From positions 1-64,000 of IMG/VR virus record IMGVR_UViG_3300012348_000111: a DNA stretch of 64,000 nucleotides. One strand, 5' to 3'. The translations under genes were made by a program, and so were the position numbers. The notes below the pieces were generated by a model that saw nothing but the letters and a program-made list of their open reading frames with translations, did not search any database and was not told where the DNA came from. This document shows positions 58,301 through 64,000 of this stretch, one piece after another. Position 1 is the stretch's first letter, and every line of letters starts with the position of its first letter. This DNA is from a virus.

Positions 58301-59121
58301 GAACTATTTTTAACAGCATTAAGATTTTCAGTATTATATACAAATGACCCTGGCACATAAGACTGAACATCTAACATATCAGTTAAAAGTTTTTGTTTAC
58401 TTTCAGTATCGTTAGGATCTATACCTATATTGTAGGCAAAGTTGTACGCATTACTGGTAGCATTAGCTTGATTAATTTGATTAAGAAAACTTTGTTTTTG
58501 GTTTTTATCAGTACTTTCTAAAAACTTATTAAAGTTTTGTTCAGCAAAACCATAAACTTTTTTATCATTATAATATCTAGTTAAATCAGTATATTCTTTT
58601 TGAAGTTTTTCTCTTGCTTCATCAGATAATAGTCCTGAACCATATGCTTTTTGAAAATAAGTTTTTAGTTCTGTTAATGCGTTTAGATCACCTTCTTCTA
58701 ACTTACGACTTAATACACCAGCTACTGTTCCAAAAGAAGATTTAGTTTTAGGATCTAAAGATATTTTATCAAGATTGATAGTTTCAAAGTTTCTATCTTG
58801 AGTACCCATAAGTAAACCAGACCCTCCTATAGAACCACTTAAACTTTCAGTTCTTGTAGCAATTTTTTTATTATTAGGATTAGATAGTAACCCTTGTTGA
58901 TTGTCTACTAAATAATTTTTTTCTAATATATCAGATATACTTGAAACATAATCATTTTGTTTTATGGGCTGTTGTAGTGATTGTCTATTGTATTCTGAAA
59001 TTTGATTTATTTCATTGATTCCGCTAACAAGTCCTAATCTAGATTGTTCAGCTGTTTTACCTGTTTCAGCAATTGATAGGGCATCAATTTTTTGTAGAAA
59101 TAAACTTTTATCGCTTGGCAT
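46384..59121 (-). CDS. giant virion DNA-dependent RNA polymerase (4245 aa), crAss type
   Basis: RIPGQ..GSDYDIDK catalytic DxDxD (48870-48856); KRLS, HKYS, SSQLRK; zincin-like AYHEAWH (52974-52960). Confidence 0.9.
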   Translation of the reverse strand: MPSDKSLFLQKIDALSIAETGKTAEQSRLGLVSGINEINQISEYNRQSLQQPIKQNDYVSSISDILEKNYLVDNQQGLLSNPNNKKIATRTESLSGSIGGSGLLMGTQDRNFETINLDKISLDPKTKSSFGTVAGVLSRKLEEGDLNALTELKTYFQKAYGSGLLSDEAREKLQKEYTDLTRYYNDKKVYGFAEQNFNKFLESTDKNQKQSFLNQINQANATSNAYNFAYNIGIDPNDTESKQKLLTDMLDVQSYVPGSFVYNTENLNAVKNSSLELSPIFSSSTFAKFMSVNPITQSIGGKIGVQSQKEYVTELANINYNYTNLMGVAAKNKEQELSQSLIEVNQQLEKDPNNQNVLNQKKQLEENLLFTKDLSKKLEPLQDKKEFYKLSYPELYREEVKKEKSEILYNDLATSSWYQHPLRKAKSIAYRGGEQMLSNATNQVAGIAALTGDKVGAFGFNLGAKSFAPPQYRRVNDLNKNSLIESNEVIKDSQDNPIYVSNVHWVDEKGEGHWNLSAATEQTLPIAIDVAQTILLSRGVGAAGRGMNLSWSNISKSAGLSTTAQKTFLKEVAPRISTFGNTFATTFPRFYAEERNNFKNDGDARNVALLRSGVEALSETIIPDTDFFKADRSLGPLDGLLKKAGKLDPTNFSRMTYNRDVLLGLLPKNAISPTKAALLVAPSAIRKTLSGAVQESLEEEFSLLGNYFVDKYAASKDFTVEESNDLTLQNGLETFVSGFIPSLFISGVPAAFDSRSRRSQARWDIANNPEQYLSFINKQVQNGKLTKEQAVERTAAVNGLKTRLDSITDINSLKNISTLLDDRDAQFNYFNSVEDIEDLLSIDTSTFTPEQIAAYEKQLSDASDVVLNSKKRIEKYVGLTEQEKKGIISNMFAKQAKTATSSDNSLTTLVNTLNQTAVNRVLVSPEDERQDFISAEYDKFITEVEATVADRLDGFQQLLEESPEKLTLLELELAKTNFIPFLQQYKGSKRQEAINAPFVPTSGPQLQNFYEQDLIDLINSEIETRKKLDRDQSIAEGSFNLTNPETKDAQVAVMTSAELSQAELESGQLEADAHQHLTDAQRLLLGNMLERHAASKETDPNKKTQLEAYREYANNFYELSTKGLTPEESLTVIKDINKSILDKANIKPVTDKEIKEELSKTEESKKEEKKEEPKEEPKEEKSKPTEEEKPFERGFTPASSKEPKEEKTVVVSERPLNEDIYNQFRNERLRTQESLEDQLVPLESEEDRKVETSKFNSGVRIDFFDYLINNPEIESLAEAEAAMLGFFPGEEKAITKFFDSLYSNEPNFSLEGTSFLPVVMLEDFQTRMMGLKNNLTPKEQEKVDKQEEEGDTISDSKPTESEIEENNVNHKNELNQQEDNKTQAVNKNTLQLNIVELDRQDRLTENPFNLRALNIVQVIDNKIRGGANADVAILIQLPLNTLKTILSKERFGRVESFINEKKPLNAEQKKELESIFTFNGIKIVDQAFIDFFAKNPAAVNNQGAALTIITNKEGEVIYFTPEGYIGTSETGAPLITPLKSGPAKDQVTAITNNNTPVLATITGTEGTSTTKAVPLAGLVNDKSKVYVHIADTIERESPFGNKYTLEKGAVYLEREGAIYPYSRIDLPQVEGSNLFNLVEAFNNGTLPKEFPTDPQEFLELIADNFFSERKNKTLRYFPQGQFFIGKNRDSDKLNIKAVTPEGKAKVIGKSTQKELLSKTEIRKPLFANRLNSEQPFKAIMFVNGQPTIKEFKTYKEFVLSSDFGATVKKDWQKTLKAEQPLPMVPTQPETSKSVQDVEENIVDPLAKEESTQSIDAKAEIETRRQKEQSNSVRLRVIVTVNSAKIDRETDPNSVFKDWSDSEIQEEYEKGLKAINDFIKLARIKGMSNAQIGKAIITKVNNNKVLRFTKGSFIQFTEFIDQGFNEFLTSQQIDDKYDAELAALEQSTQPVVENKPVSKRRSLIERANSQIKGRGEDAGIDPNSLKRARTLSNKITKQENEAAKAWVESHPIFKNTPFIFDTTIAHPEAYAIWSKAGIQLFEGANYAEAYHEAWHEFSQLYLNGDQKEKLYSEARKIWGDLPFVELEEKIAESFRQYALTGGQTIPSEIAKYKETKSIFQKIWDFITNLISDKKTVDKYFDQLYKGNITRYKRNEQNAYFKKLYSSKLVILDENDQPLALSYTETQKTIEEFDGLFVDIANAILKPYNASVVNVLLNPKQVKTVYQNVVKYLDTVYQEEYEILEQNPDDFNQAEKVDHLALKIVNIATILDFHKNNSTLFDNKIKSTNILNAIDEVLNEPENEGIGEFEKSIEEMSQKDMASDVIINAIRTLPRYEGTEKVTDPVLGFALLGDFESNWTILQRELTGLNTYNEMYNKIKEVAVKFPQFNTFLDYLPKADNTITRITDLAFKVQFFNLFTMPYIDGSTVKIERDDKGNITETKVLKALSLDAVQLRSQLDSDFYTEAGPFKVLTTNGSYALNTEEFFSMFEKTPSIPTGDPDALRGFYDQVYLQLQALGLNYTSLGLESLRTEKPETVIQNLNLIRTKLKSLSDVGTPMLTPLGLISKEHKTETGKIKSEVSAVNYFLNLEIDANPTYANDMRYNAVGKQIWSVNQHTYMTKVLSILNDSTNYKTLEDVEKEIPHLNQAMNTNARGSWVLKYLFNVAGNRIVENGKPRKVEIVNLLGIEDGFDGEKTIDSLSSMKHYADIVGLLNGGVEELNRLSGKSTTRGIGLDLSARKFLGLAKSDNIEYTFTKENEVRIDFRLFSQFILPILKSEIDTQNSKVNQNLFKSKLENVKLAYFEKIIDSPDLKQSLINDLKELPANTTLEDAFLKLSYAQEVYSKFNEYLNNNVEVSQDTLAGYNLSNEQLAKYHFYSFVMRVEQHKLFFNHPYYYKNAKDIEKRLSAWNAYGTYTNMDRTTVAALNNVENDSYAQEKAFQQYAIENNLPINVLPKDPTKLSYLVFNDNPVVSETAQSSAYDKVRDAYTKDKDSKAQDAASVATMDFFRRFYATSTGITLDMEEEFTRQNNIWSTYLQLKNANQYEAVMLQRQLDNLLNQKPKFKFSVKKLQYAGNNQSIFGPSIPIFHKYSVKPLLPSEAVTNPRAADILFKLYASGADYGVFSSGTKIAETVPAIDLFKDGQVDTAPSAPGIIEIKYLKEQVIVENKESFQNIFSSQLRKLIYKDATTNAELEAYELYRNYVKNLVEYDSNEFLEKLDNKEKLVEFIVGELSRKGAAQATKDLIQIKEDGKLQYLLDALVDRTVMESAIVSSVKNKVIRQKVNGAQRVQFPVSLMSDRKLKYYDLKDGKVTKAEIMISFSKLYYPLFNLEYNGSPIGELNAKGEPINPHTALKRLNEALNDPAFRKQYERQLNIVAIRIPGQGYNSIESFEIVEFLPEETGDIILVPDEMVVKSGSDYDIDKLFCYDPFIEADGSVMTNNLTPKEAFARKKQLALDIQTNKEIVKEYLEEKQNTLNEIEEFLKSKNISSVSEVYKQLKQLRAEKFEGDVEVDEEMDAKQMLLDKFKNGLSRKEILEKNLSKDQKAKLAERKAKLKNLSSILQDYSETKLSFRLQEANDALAEIYQELTDSKNELKAIRNRFSNNILFNMSDRLTNEEIFEDLITPNSISEIEKAADGLTKNPTNEANYTNIVNPNYQLYVFSLNTYKKALGTDAKNNVLHSILQKAKLTIVDKQANSRYVLPANRVEGNLTFEGTKDTKGKPISLVQGQMISAHVDIEKDDRIALINFNNVVTPIVNYATMLGTPFEAMVNLVNMSSEKGKDSLIAQYSKLNDFGSIMNIVEQIQDPTIKNIVQKSRSKFGYSEKKFINLTIGGLVEKYDTETILKGLFKENVISDVYRLGLFLEMKNQADKVRRLSANTDFDTLSPQNFESLRANDGELLKLKEEKFFEEEAFDKVIFESVVSPFQVQTSVLDKFVEIFPVSASKTVTDGIVKLHQQYAKKNKFLQYETLSRVFKNDFLYSMYINEVPNIIQYESLLDKRNSKNLKAQYEYLKKKLAEKKITSQNRIFDLVRFNTDEKSNFLRTGLKQNSFDYSVDFYREQFNQGFNYSHPQLDPVVDTQLIENMQTFFKNFAYAGILGSQLNKKFDSYLPLIPEQIYTYPMSTVLENFANLSEEEQRAKLSEFTKRFRENHPEFAKVKDINPDLNFYKDYVLSRPNITPSKSNGETITKVDEEVDTATTETQSTTPISIVSEQLDLSAEYNQAAQDSFMSIRNKNKKNKDNC

Positions 59122-59154
59122 ATGTAAATGTAAATATAACTTTAAATTTTGATT

Positions 59155-60810
59155 TTAAGATTCGTCAGATTTTCTTTTTCTTCCTGAGAATGTTTCTATT
59201 GTGTTTGTTTGAGCTAAAGATTCTATATTTTTTAAACTAGATATAGGAATTGAAAGTAAATCATTTCCTGTTGCCATTTGAGTATCACCGTCTTTAAAGT
59301 TAACTACAAATGTTCTATTAGCTAATTGACTTGTATATTGATTTAAAGTTTTTTCATAATCTTTAATTTGAACAGAAGTTAAATCAGATTTATTTTGTAA
59401 AGCATCAATTGCTTCTTCAACATCCTCATTTATTATACCTTTATTTAAAAACTTAAAGAATTGAACAACAGCTTGTTTTTGATTTGTTGGAGCAACTCTA
59501 GTTGCTTCTTTACCCGCAATAACATCACCTAATACAAATTTGTCTATATCCATGTTAACTGTAGGATCTGAAAGAACCTGAGGAATTACAATTAGATCTT
59601 GAGTAGAAACATTACCCATGTTCCAAAGGGTTTCTTTTTTCTTTAGTAAGTTTTCAGGTTTAGCTGATTCTAATCTAGCTTTTACTTTTTCTTTTTCAAT
59701 ATCTAAGTTATTTTTCAAAACTTCAAGATTTTGTTTTTGAACTACATCCCAAACTTTATCATCTTTAAGATCTCTAGATACTTTTTGAGTAGTGTAAAGG
59801 TTAGCTAAATTAGTTACAAATTGATTTTGATATGTTTCAAAATAATCATTTGGATTGAATTCTTCAAACTTTTTAGATGAATTTTGTTTAGCTCCTAAAT
59901 AGTATTGAGATAGAACTTGAACGTTTTGTTTAGCGGCATCGATTTCTTTTTGTACAGAAGGTGATTTAACTCTAGCATTAGATGCTTCTAATATCGCAAG
60001 TTGCTCTTTTGCATTAGTAAGACTTTCATCAATAGCAACCATTTTAGTTGTTTGATCTTCTATGTACGACTGATATGCTCTCTGTGGTCCTAAAGCATTA
60101 TAATAATACTCTGTGTCTATTTGAAGTTGTCTAGCTGCTTTTGGATCAGTTGAAAGCATACCTTTGACTTTATTTGCTAACTGTGTTGTATTAAAACCCT
60201 GTTGAGTTATTTTTTCTATGTATCCAGTAGGTGTTCCTTCACCAACAGTATAGAATTCGTTTTGTTCTTCTTTAGATAATGTTTTAACAAAATCAAAAAC
60301 CTTTTCAGAAATATCATAAAACTCATCGTATTCTTTGTCTTGCAAAGATATACCTAATTTATTAGCACTTAAATAATCATTAACATCTTTAGTATAAAAC
60401 CAATCGTTAGTAGCAGATCTTTTAGAAGAATCTAACTCAGATAATGTTTTTTGTCTTTTCTGAATTATTCTACCATTTTTTACAGCATTGATAATGTTTC
60501 TGTCTTTTTCTAAAGGTTTACCTATACCAAGAACCGATTGAACATTTGCTTTTTTTGAAAAATCTAAACCAGCACTATCGTTAACAGCTTTAACCATGCT
60601 AGTCATGGTTTCATCAAAGTACTGTTGTTCAATAGGAGTATAGATTTGATTTCTTAACTCACTGTAAGCATCTATTTGTGACTGTACTTGAGTTACTCCT
60701 TCATCAAACATTTGTTGCTTATATAAAGCAACTTTAATTAAGTCTTCAGCTGGTAGTGGAGATATATAATCTGGGTATTCGAATTTCGTATGATTTGCAG
60801 AAATTGCCAT
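59155..60810 (-). CDS. virion cargo/ejection protein
   Basis: YISPLP.E....L..Q..FD N-terminus; helical; directly upstream of the RNAP. Confidence 0.6.
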   Translation of the reverse strand: MAISANHTKFEYPDYISPLPAEDLIKVALYKQQMFDEGVTQVQSQIDAYSELRNQIYTPIEQQYFDETMTSMVKAVNDSAGLDFSKKANVQSVLGIGKPLEKDRNIINAVKNGRIIQKRQKTLSELDSSKRSATNDWFYTKDVNDYLSANKLGISLQDKEYDEFYDISEKVFDFVKTLSKEEQNEFYTVGEGTPTGYIEKITQQGFNTTQLANKVKGMLSTDPKAARQLQIDTEYYYNALGPQRAYQSYIEDQTTKMVAIDESLTNAKEQLAILEASNARVKSPSVQKEIDAAKQNVQVLSQYYLGAKQNSSKKFEEFNPNDYFETYQNQFVTNLANLYTTQKVSRDLKDDKVWDVVQKQNLEVLKNNLDIEKEKVKARLESAKPENLLKKKETLWNMGNVSTQDLIVIPQVLSDPTVNMDIDKFVLGDVIAGKEATRVAPTNQKQAVVQFFKFLNKGIINEDVEEAIDALQNKSDLTSVQIKDYEKTLNQYTSQLANRTFVVNFKDGDTQMATGNDLLSIPISSLKNIESLAQTNTIETFSGRKRKSDES

Positions 60811-60817
60811 AGGTTGT

Positions 60818-63331
60818 TTATTTAGTTTTTCTTGTTGTTACTTTTTCTTCAGGAATAACATCTGTAGTTTTAGTCGATTTTGCATCAGTTTTTTTATTCT
60901 TTTTCAATAACTGATCTTCTTCTTTAGGAACTATTCCAAAATTAAATACAGGTCTTCCTTCAGGATCTACCGTCATAGAATAAGGCTTGTCTTTTCCTAT
61001 TTCAAAAGCTGACTGAAGATTATCTAAATAAAGAGATTTAAGATTTTCATCTTGATCGTATTTAGCTTTATTTTTAATAATACTAGTTATAGCTGCTTGT
61101 TGTTCTGCAGTAGCAGCATCTCTTGCTTCAGCTATTAAATTATTATATGTACGATCAAACAATTGCGCATTCATCATATCTGCACGTTGTTGTGATTGTG
61201 CATTAAACATGTCTGCTTGCATTCTACCTTGAGCATCAAAGTTTTGTTTAGATTGGAATGCTTTTTCTTTTCCACCAATACCTGCAATATAAGCTGATAG
61301 GGGATCTGCTCCTGCTCTTATTGATGCTTGACCCATATTATCTATGTCTTGTAATTGAGATTGAATATTAAGGGTTTGAGGACGTAAATAAGGACTATCT
61401 ATTTCAGGTATAGCATATGGAAAAGTTTCTTGAGCATTTGCTAATCCCATTATACCAGGTATAGCTTGTTCTAAAGGAAAAGCTTGTCTATAATACTTGC
61501 CTGAGTTTTTACCTTCTGCTTTTTCAAACTTTGGTGTTTGATATGTTTGATTTTCAACTTTAGTTTCTTCTGCTTTATTTTCCGTTGCTTTAGCTGGTTC
61601 AGTAGCTTCAGGTGTTGCTTCAACTGGTGTTTCTTCCTGTTTAGGCATTAGTGTTCTTGTACCTAATTTACCATCAACGTATGCTTTTTTAAGTTTAGCT
61701 AAATTTTCATTAGTAAGAGCACTTGGATCAAACTTACCATCTTTAGTTAATTTAACTAAAGTAGAATCTTTCTTTCCTTCGTTAGTAAGTCCATATTCTA
61801 ACCACATTTGCTTAATAGACTCTGGATTATTTTTTAATGCATAATCATATATTGATGATTGAAAATCACCTTCTGTCATATTTTCAGCATTAGGAATAAT
61901 GTTTTTCCAAGGAGCAATGTATTCTTCTACTTTTTTAGTACGTGCAAAACTAGATTTACCTGTTGGTGTTTTAGCACCTTGAGCTGTTAAAGATTCTAGA
62001 TATAATTTTAATTTAGCTTTATCTTTAGGATCATTAGATTTAGAAAGATCGTTTATAATCTTAGCTGATTGCGGATCTATATTTTGATTATTATTTAATA
62101 CTAATTCTGGTCCAGACATAGGTAATGCTGGAGTTGTATTAGTGTTTCCCATAACATCAGGAACCTGCATTGTAGAAAACAAAGATTGTCCCATTGGAAG
62201 TCCTGGTGTTGTATTTGTAGATCCCATTAAATCAGGAACAGTCATTACACCATTTTGACTATTATTCCAGTCTTGTTCCGTATACCAATTATCACCGTCT
62301 TGAAGTTTAGGAAGACTATATCCTCCATACTCCATATTAGAGATGATTTTATTTTGTACTGCCTTAGGGAGTGCTCTAAATCCAGGATTGTTAATTGATG
62401 CTCCGTATTTAGCCATTGGCTCTCCATTGGAGTTACCGTTCATTAACTGTTGATCCATGAATAGTTTATCAAGAACCTTTTGATTCTTTTGTTTCATGAT
62501 CATTGCGGTATCTTTATCTACTTGTTTAGAAAACTTATTATTTAGTATTTCGTCGTATTTAGTATTGTCATACTTTTTAGCCATTTGGGCAAATGTCTTT
62601 TTTGAACCCATTGGTTTCATATGATTAGAAAATACTTTTGTACCATCAGGGAGAGATGTTTGTATTCCTCCATTACTATGAGATGGTCCATATGCCATTT
62701 CTGTTGACATATCTGGAAGTTGTAAGTATTCTCCACCTTCTATCTCTACATTATTAATAGAGTTTGGTGTATTGTATCTTTTGTTTATTTGTGCTCCCAT
62801 TTGTGCTTTTACTATAGGTTGATATTCTGTACCCCCATCTGTAGTTCTACCATACATGTAGTTGTAGTCGTATTGAGGTTGAGATTGTCTATCTTGTATA
62901 GAACTATAAAGGTCTTGTCTGTTTTGTAATTCTTGGTTTCTATTTAAACCCATACTAGTTAAACCCATACCTAAAGTTAAAAGAGAATATGGATCTACTG
63001 CTCTTTTACTTGTTTCAGTTTCTTCTTCTTCTTTTGGTTGTTCATTTTCAATATCTCTTTCATTATATTGACCTTGTGTAAGTGGTCCTAGATCTAATTG
63101 AGAGTTATTTAGATTAACATCATAAATATTTAAAGGAGATAAGAAAGGAGTATATGTGTTTTCTGCTTGTTTGTTACTAAATACACCAGGAGCAAAAGAA
63201 GCATCTTGTGTAGTAATAGTTCCTTCAGGTTGATCAGTTGTGGTATAATTACCAAAAGGAGCTGGTTTTTTAAACGCTCCATTTTGATATTTTTTTAACT
63301 TATTGTTTTTGTTCTGTTTAGATGATTTCAT
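60818..63331 (-). CDS. virion cargo/ejection protein (837 aa)
   Basis: VEIEGGE..GPSHSNGG domain, recurring G-terminated motifs, Q/A-rich C-region; promoter TTG-N19-TATATTTG at 63418-63389. Confidence 0.6.
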   Translation of the reverse strand: MKSSKQNKNNKLKKYQNGAFKKPAPFGNYTTTDQPEGTITTQDASFAPGVFSNKQAENTYTPFLSPLNIYDVNLNNSQLDLGPLTQGQYNERDIENEQPKEEEETETSKRAVDPYSLLTLGMGLTSMGLNRNQELQNRQDLYSSIQDRQSQPQYDYNYMYGRTTDGGTEYQPIVKAQMGAQINKRYNTPNSINNVEIEGGEYLQLPDMSTEMAYGPSHSNGGIQTSLPDGTKVFSNHMKPMGSKKTFAQMAKKYDNTKYDEILNNKFSKQVDKDTAMIMKQKNQKVLDKLFMDQQLMNGNSNGEPMAKYGASINNPGFRALPKAVQNKIISNMEYGGYSLPKLQDGDNWYTEQDWNNSQNGVMTVPDLMGSTNTTPGLPMGQSLFSTMQVPDVMGNTNTTPALPMSGPELVLNNNQNIDPQSAKIINDLSKSNDPKDKAKLKLYLESLTAQGAKTPTGKSSFARTKKVEEYIAPWKNIIPNAENMTEGDFQSSIYDYALKNNPESIKQMWLEYGLTNEGKKDSTLVKLTKDGKFDPSALTNENLAKLKKAYVDGKLGTRTLMPKQEETPVEATPEATEPAKATENKAEETKVENQTYQTPKFEKAEGKNSGKYYRQAFPLEQAIPGIMGLANAQETFPYAIPEIDSPYLRPQTLNIQSQLQDIDNMGQASIRAGADPLSAYIAGIGGKEKAFQSKQNFDAQGRMQADMFNAQSQQRADMMNAQLFDRTYNNLIAEARDAATAEQQAAITSIIKNKAKYDQDENLKSLYLDNLQSAFEIGKDKPYSMTVDPEGRPVFNFGIVPKEEDQLLKKNKKTDAKSTKTTDVIPEEKVTTRKTK
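62116..62247 (-). repeat. internal duplication of ~19 aa
   Basis: MTVPDLMGSTNTTPGLPM / MQVPDVMGNTNTTPALPM. Confidence 0.75.
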
Positions 63332-63423
63332 AACTTTAAAAGTTATAACATAATAAGTTATTAACTTATTAGTTTATAGATAGATATACAAATATACAAG
63401 ATTATGTAAAAAAAGCAAGATAA

Positions 63424-63567
63424 TTATCTACCTTGCCCTTTGTACGTTTTCTTATAGTTTTTGCTTTGTTTTAGTCCACTGGTTTTAGTTTTAGCATGTA
63501 CACCAGGTCTGTTAACTTTTGGTTTTTCTTTATGTAAAGAAGAGGTTTGGGTTTTTACTTTTGCCAT
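63424..63567 (-). CDS. 47-aa very basic peptide, not in the ORF track
   Basis: MAKVKTQ..KNYKKTYKGQGR*. Confidence 0.65.
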   Translation of the reverse strand: MAKVKTQTSSLHKEKPKVNRPGVHAKTKTSGLKQSKNYKKTYKGQGR

Positions 63568-63575
63568 TATATTAG

Positions 63576-64000
63576 TTATTTAAATTTTTTTGTTTTTAAG
63601 TAGGATCTCTGTAATCCACCATATTTCTTTTTTTCTAATTGAGATGCTCCTAAAGCTGTAGCTGCTGGTGCTCCCCACAATCTATTAAATAAAGCTGCTA
63701 ATTTTTTAGGATCTTTATCTATAACATTAAGAAATTTTGGATCTACAAATTTTGCATTTTCTGGAATTTCAATTTTTCTTATTATGTCTTTAGCCATTTC
63801 TGGAGTAACCATAGTAGATTGTTCTGGAGTCATTCCTAAAAGGTTTCTTAACTGCATAATTCTAGCATGCATTTCAGTTGGTTTAGCTAGATATTCTAAA
63901 TGAAAGGCTTCGGGTGAATAATCATATGTACCACTAGACATACTTTTCTTTAAATTATCAGAGTATAGATCTTTTATAAAATCGGTTTGTCCAGATTCTC
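63576..64000 (-). CDS. C-terminal part of a structural or cargo protein running off the window
   Basis: Frame is open to the window edge; YLAKPTEMHAR; ends KKKYGGL. Confidence 0.65.
   Translation of the reverse strand, partial: ESGQTDFIKDLYSDNLKKSMSSGTYDYSPEAFHLEYLAKPTEMHARIMQLRNLLGMTPEQSTMVTPEMAKDIIRKIEIPENAKFVDPKFLNVIDKDPKKLAALFNRLWGAPAATALGASQLEKKKYGGLQRSYLKTKKFK

Noticed and set aside
185-62427. short shadow ORFs (e.g. 185..532, 3199..3492, 19657..19926, 31004..31282, 55511..55774)
   Set aside because: They lie opposite or out of frame to well-supported genes and have no recognisable motifs.
1-64000. stop-codon reassignment as seen in some crAss-like phages
   Set aside because: Long genes are intact in the standard code, TAG and TGA end real genes (e.g. 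760, 2517), and no suppressor tRNA was seen.
1-64000. CRISPR array, diversity-generating retroelement, integrase, endolysin
   Set aside because: I recognised no repeat-spacer array, reverse transcriptase, recombinase or lysin motifs in this window.

Overview
This 64 kb, very AT-rich window looks like part of a Crassvirales-like phage (crAss-like or phi14:2-like), probably infecting a Bacteroidota host. That call rests on TTG-N19-TAnnTTTG promoters, A-rich leaders without Shine-Dalgarno sites, and a giant virion RNA polymerase. Two gene blocks converge near 28120, and the genetic code is standard. The + strand carries candidate anti-defence genes (Acb2/Tad1-like, RyR domain), a structured-RNA cluster, many small genes and a replication/nucleotide module. 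The RNA cluster has one normal tRNA-Gln and three tRNA-like RNAs whose anticodon arms are replaced. The replication module includes SF2 and DnaB-like helicases, an AAA ATPase, SSB, primase, a UDG interrupted by a group I intron with a LAGLIDADG ORF, a split PolB, MazG, dCMP deaminase and PhoH. The - strand carries ejection/cargo proteins, a 4245-aa virion RNAP, GNAT and ADP-ribosyltransferase cassettes interleaved with GIY-YIG endonucleases, a 1962-aa zincin-motif protein, tail/receptor-binding genes and lysis genes. The best novelty candidates are: (1) a head-to-tail terminal-cysteine docking chain RNAP -> GNAT -> ART -> 1962-aa protein with homing endonucleases at the junctions; (2) tRNA-scaffold RNAs carrying large folded inserts; (3) a UDG group I intron whose endonuclease ORF reads through most of the ribozyme core. 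All family calls come from reading motifs by eye; no searches were run.
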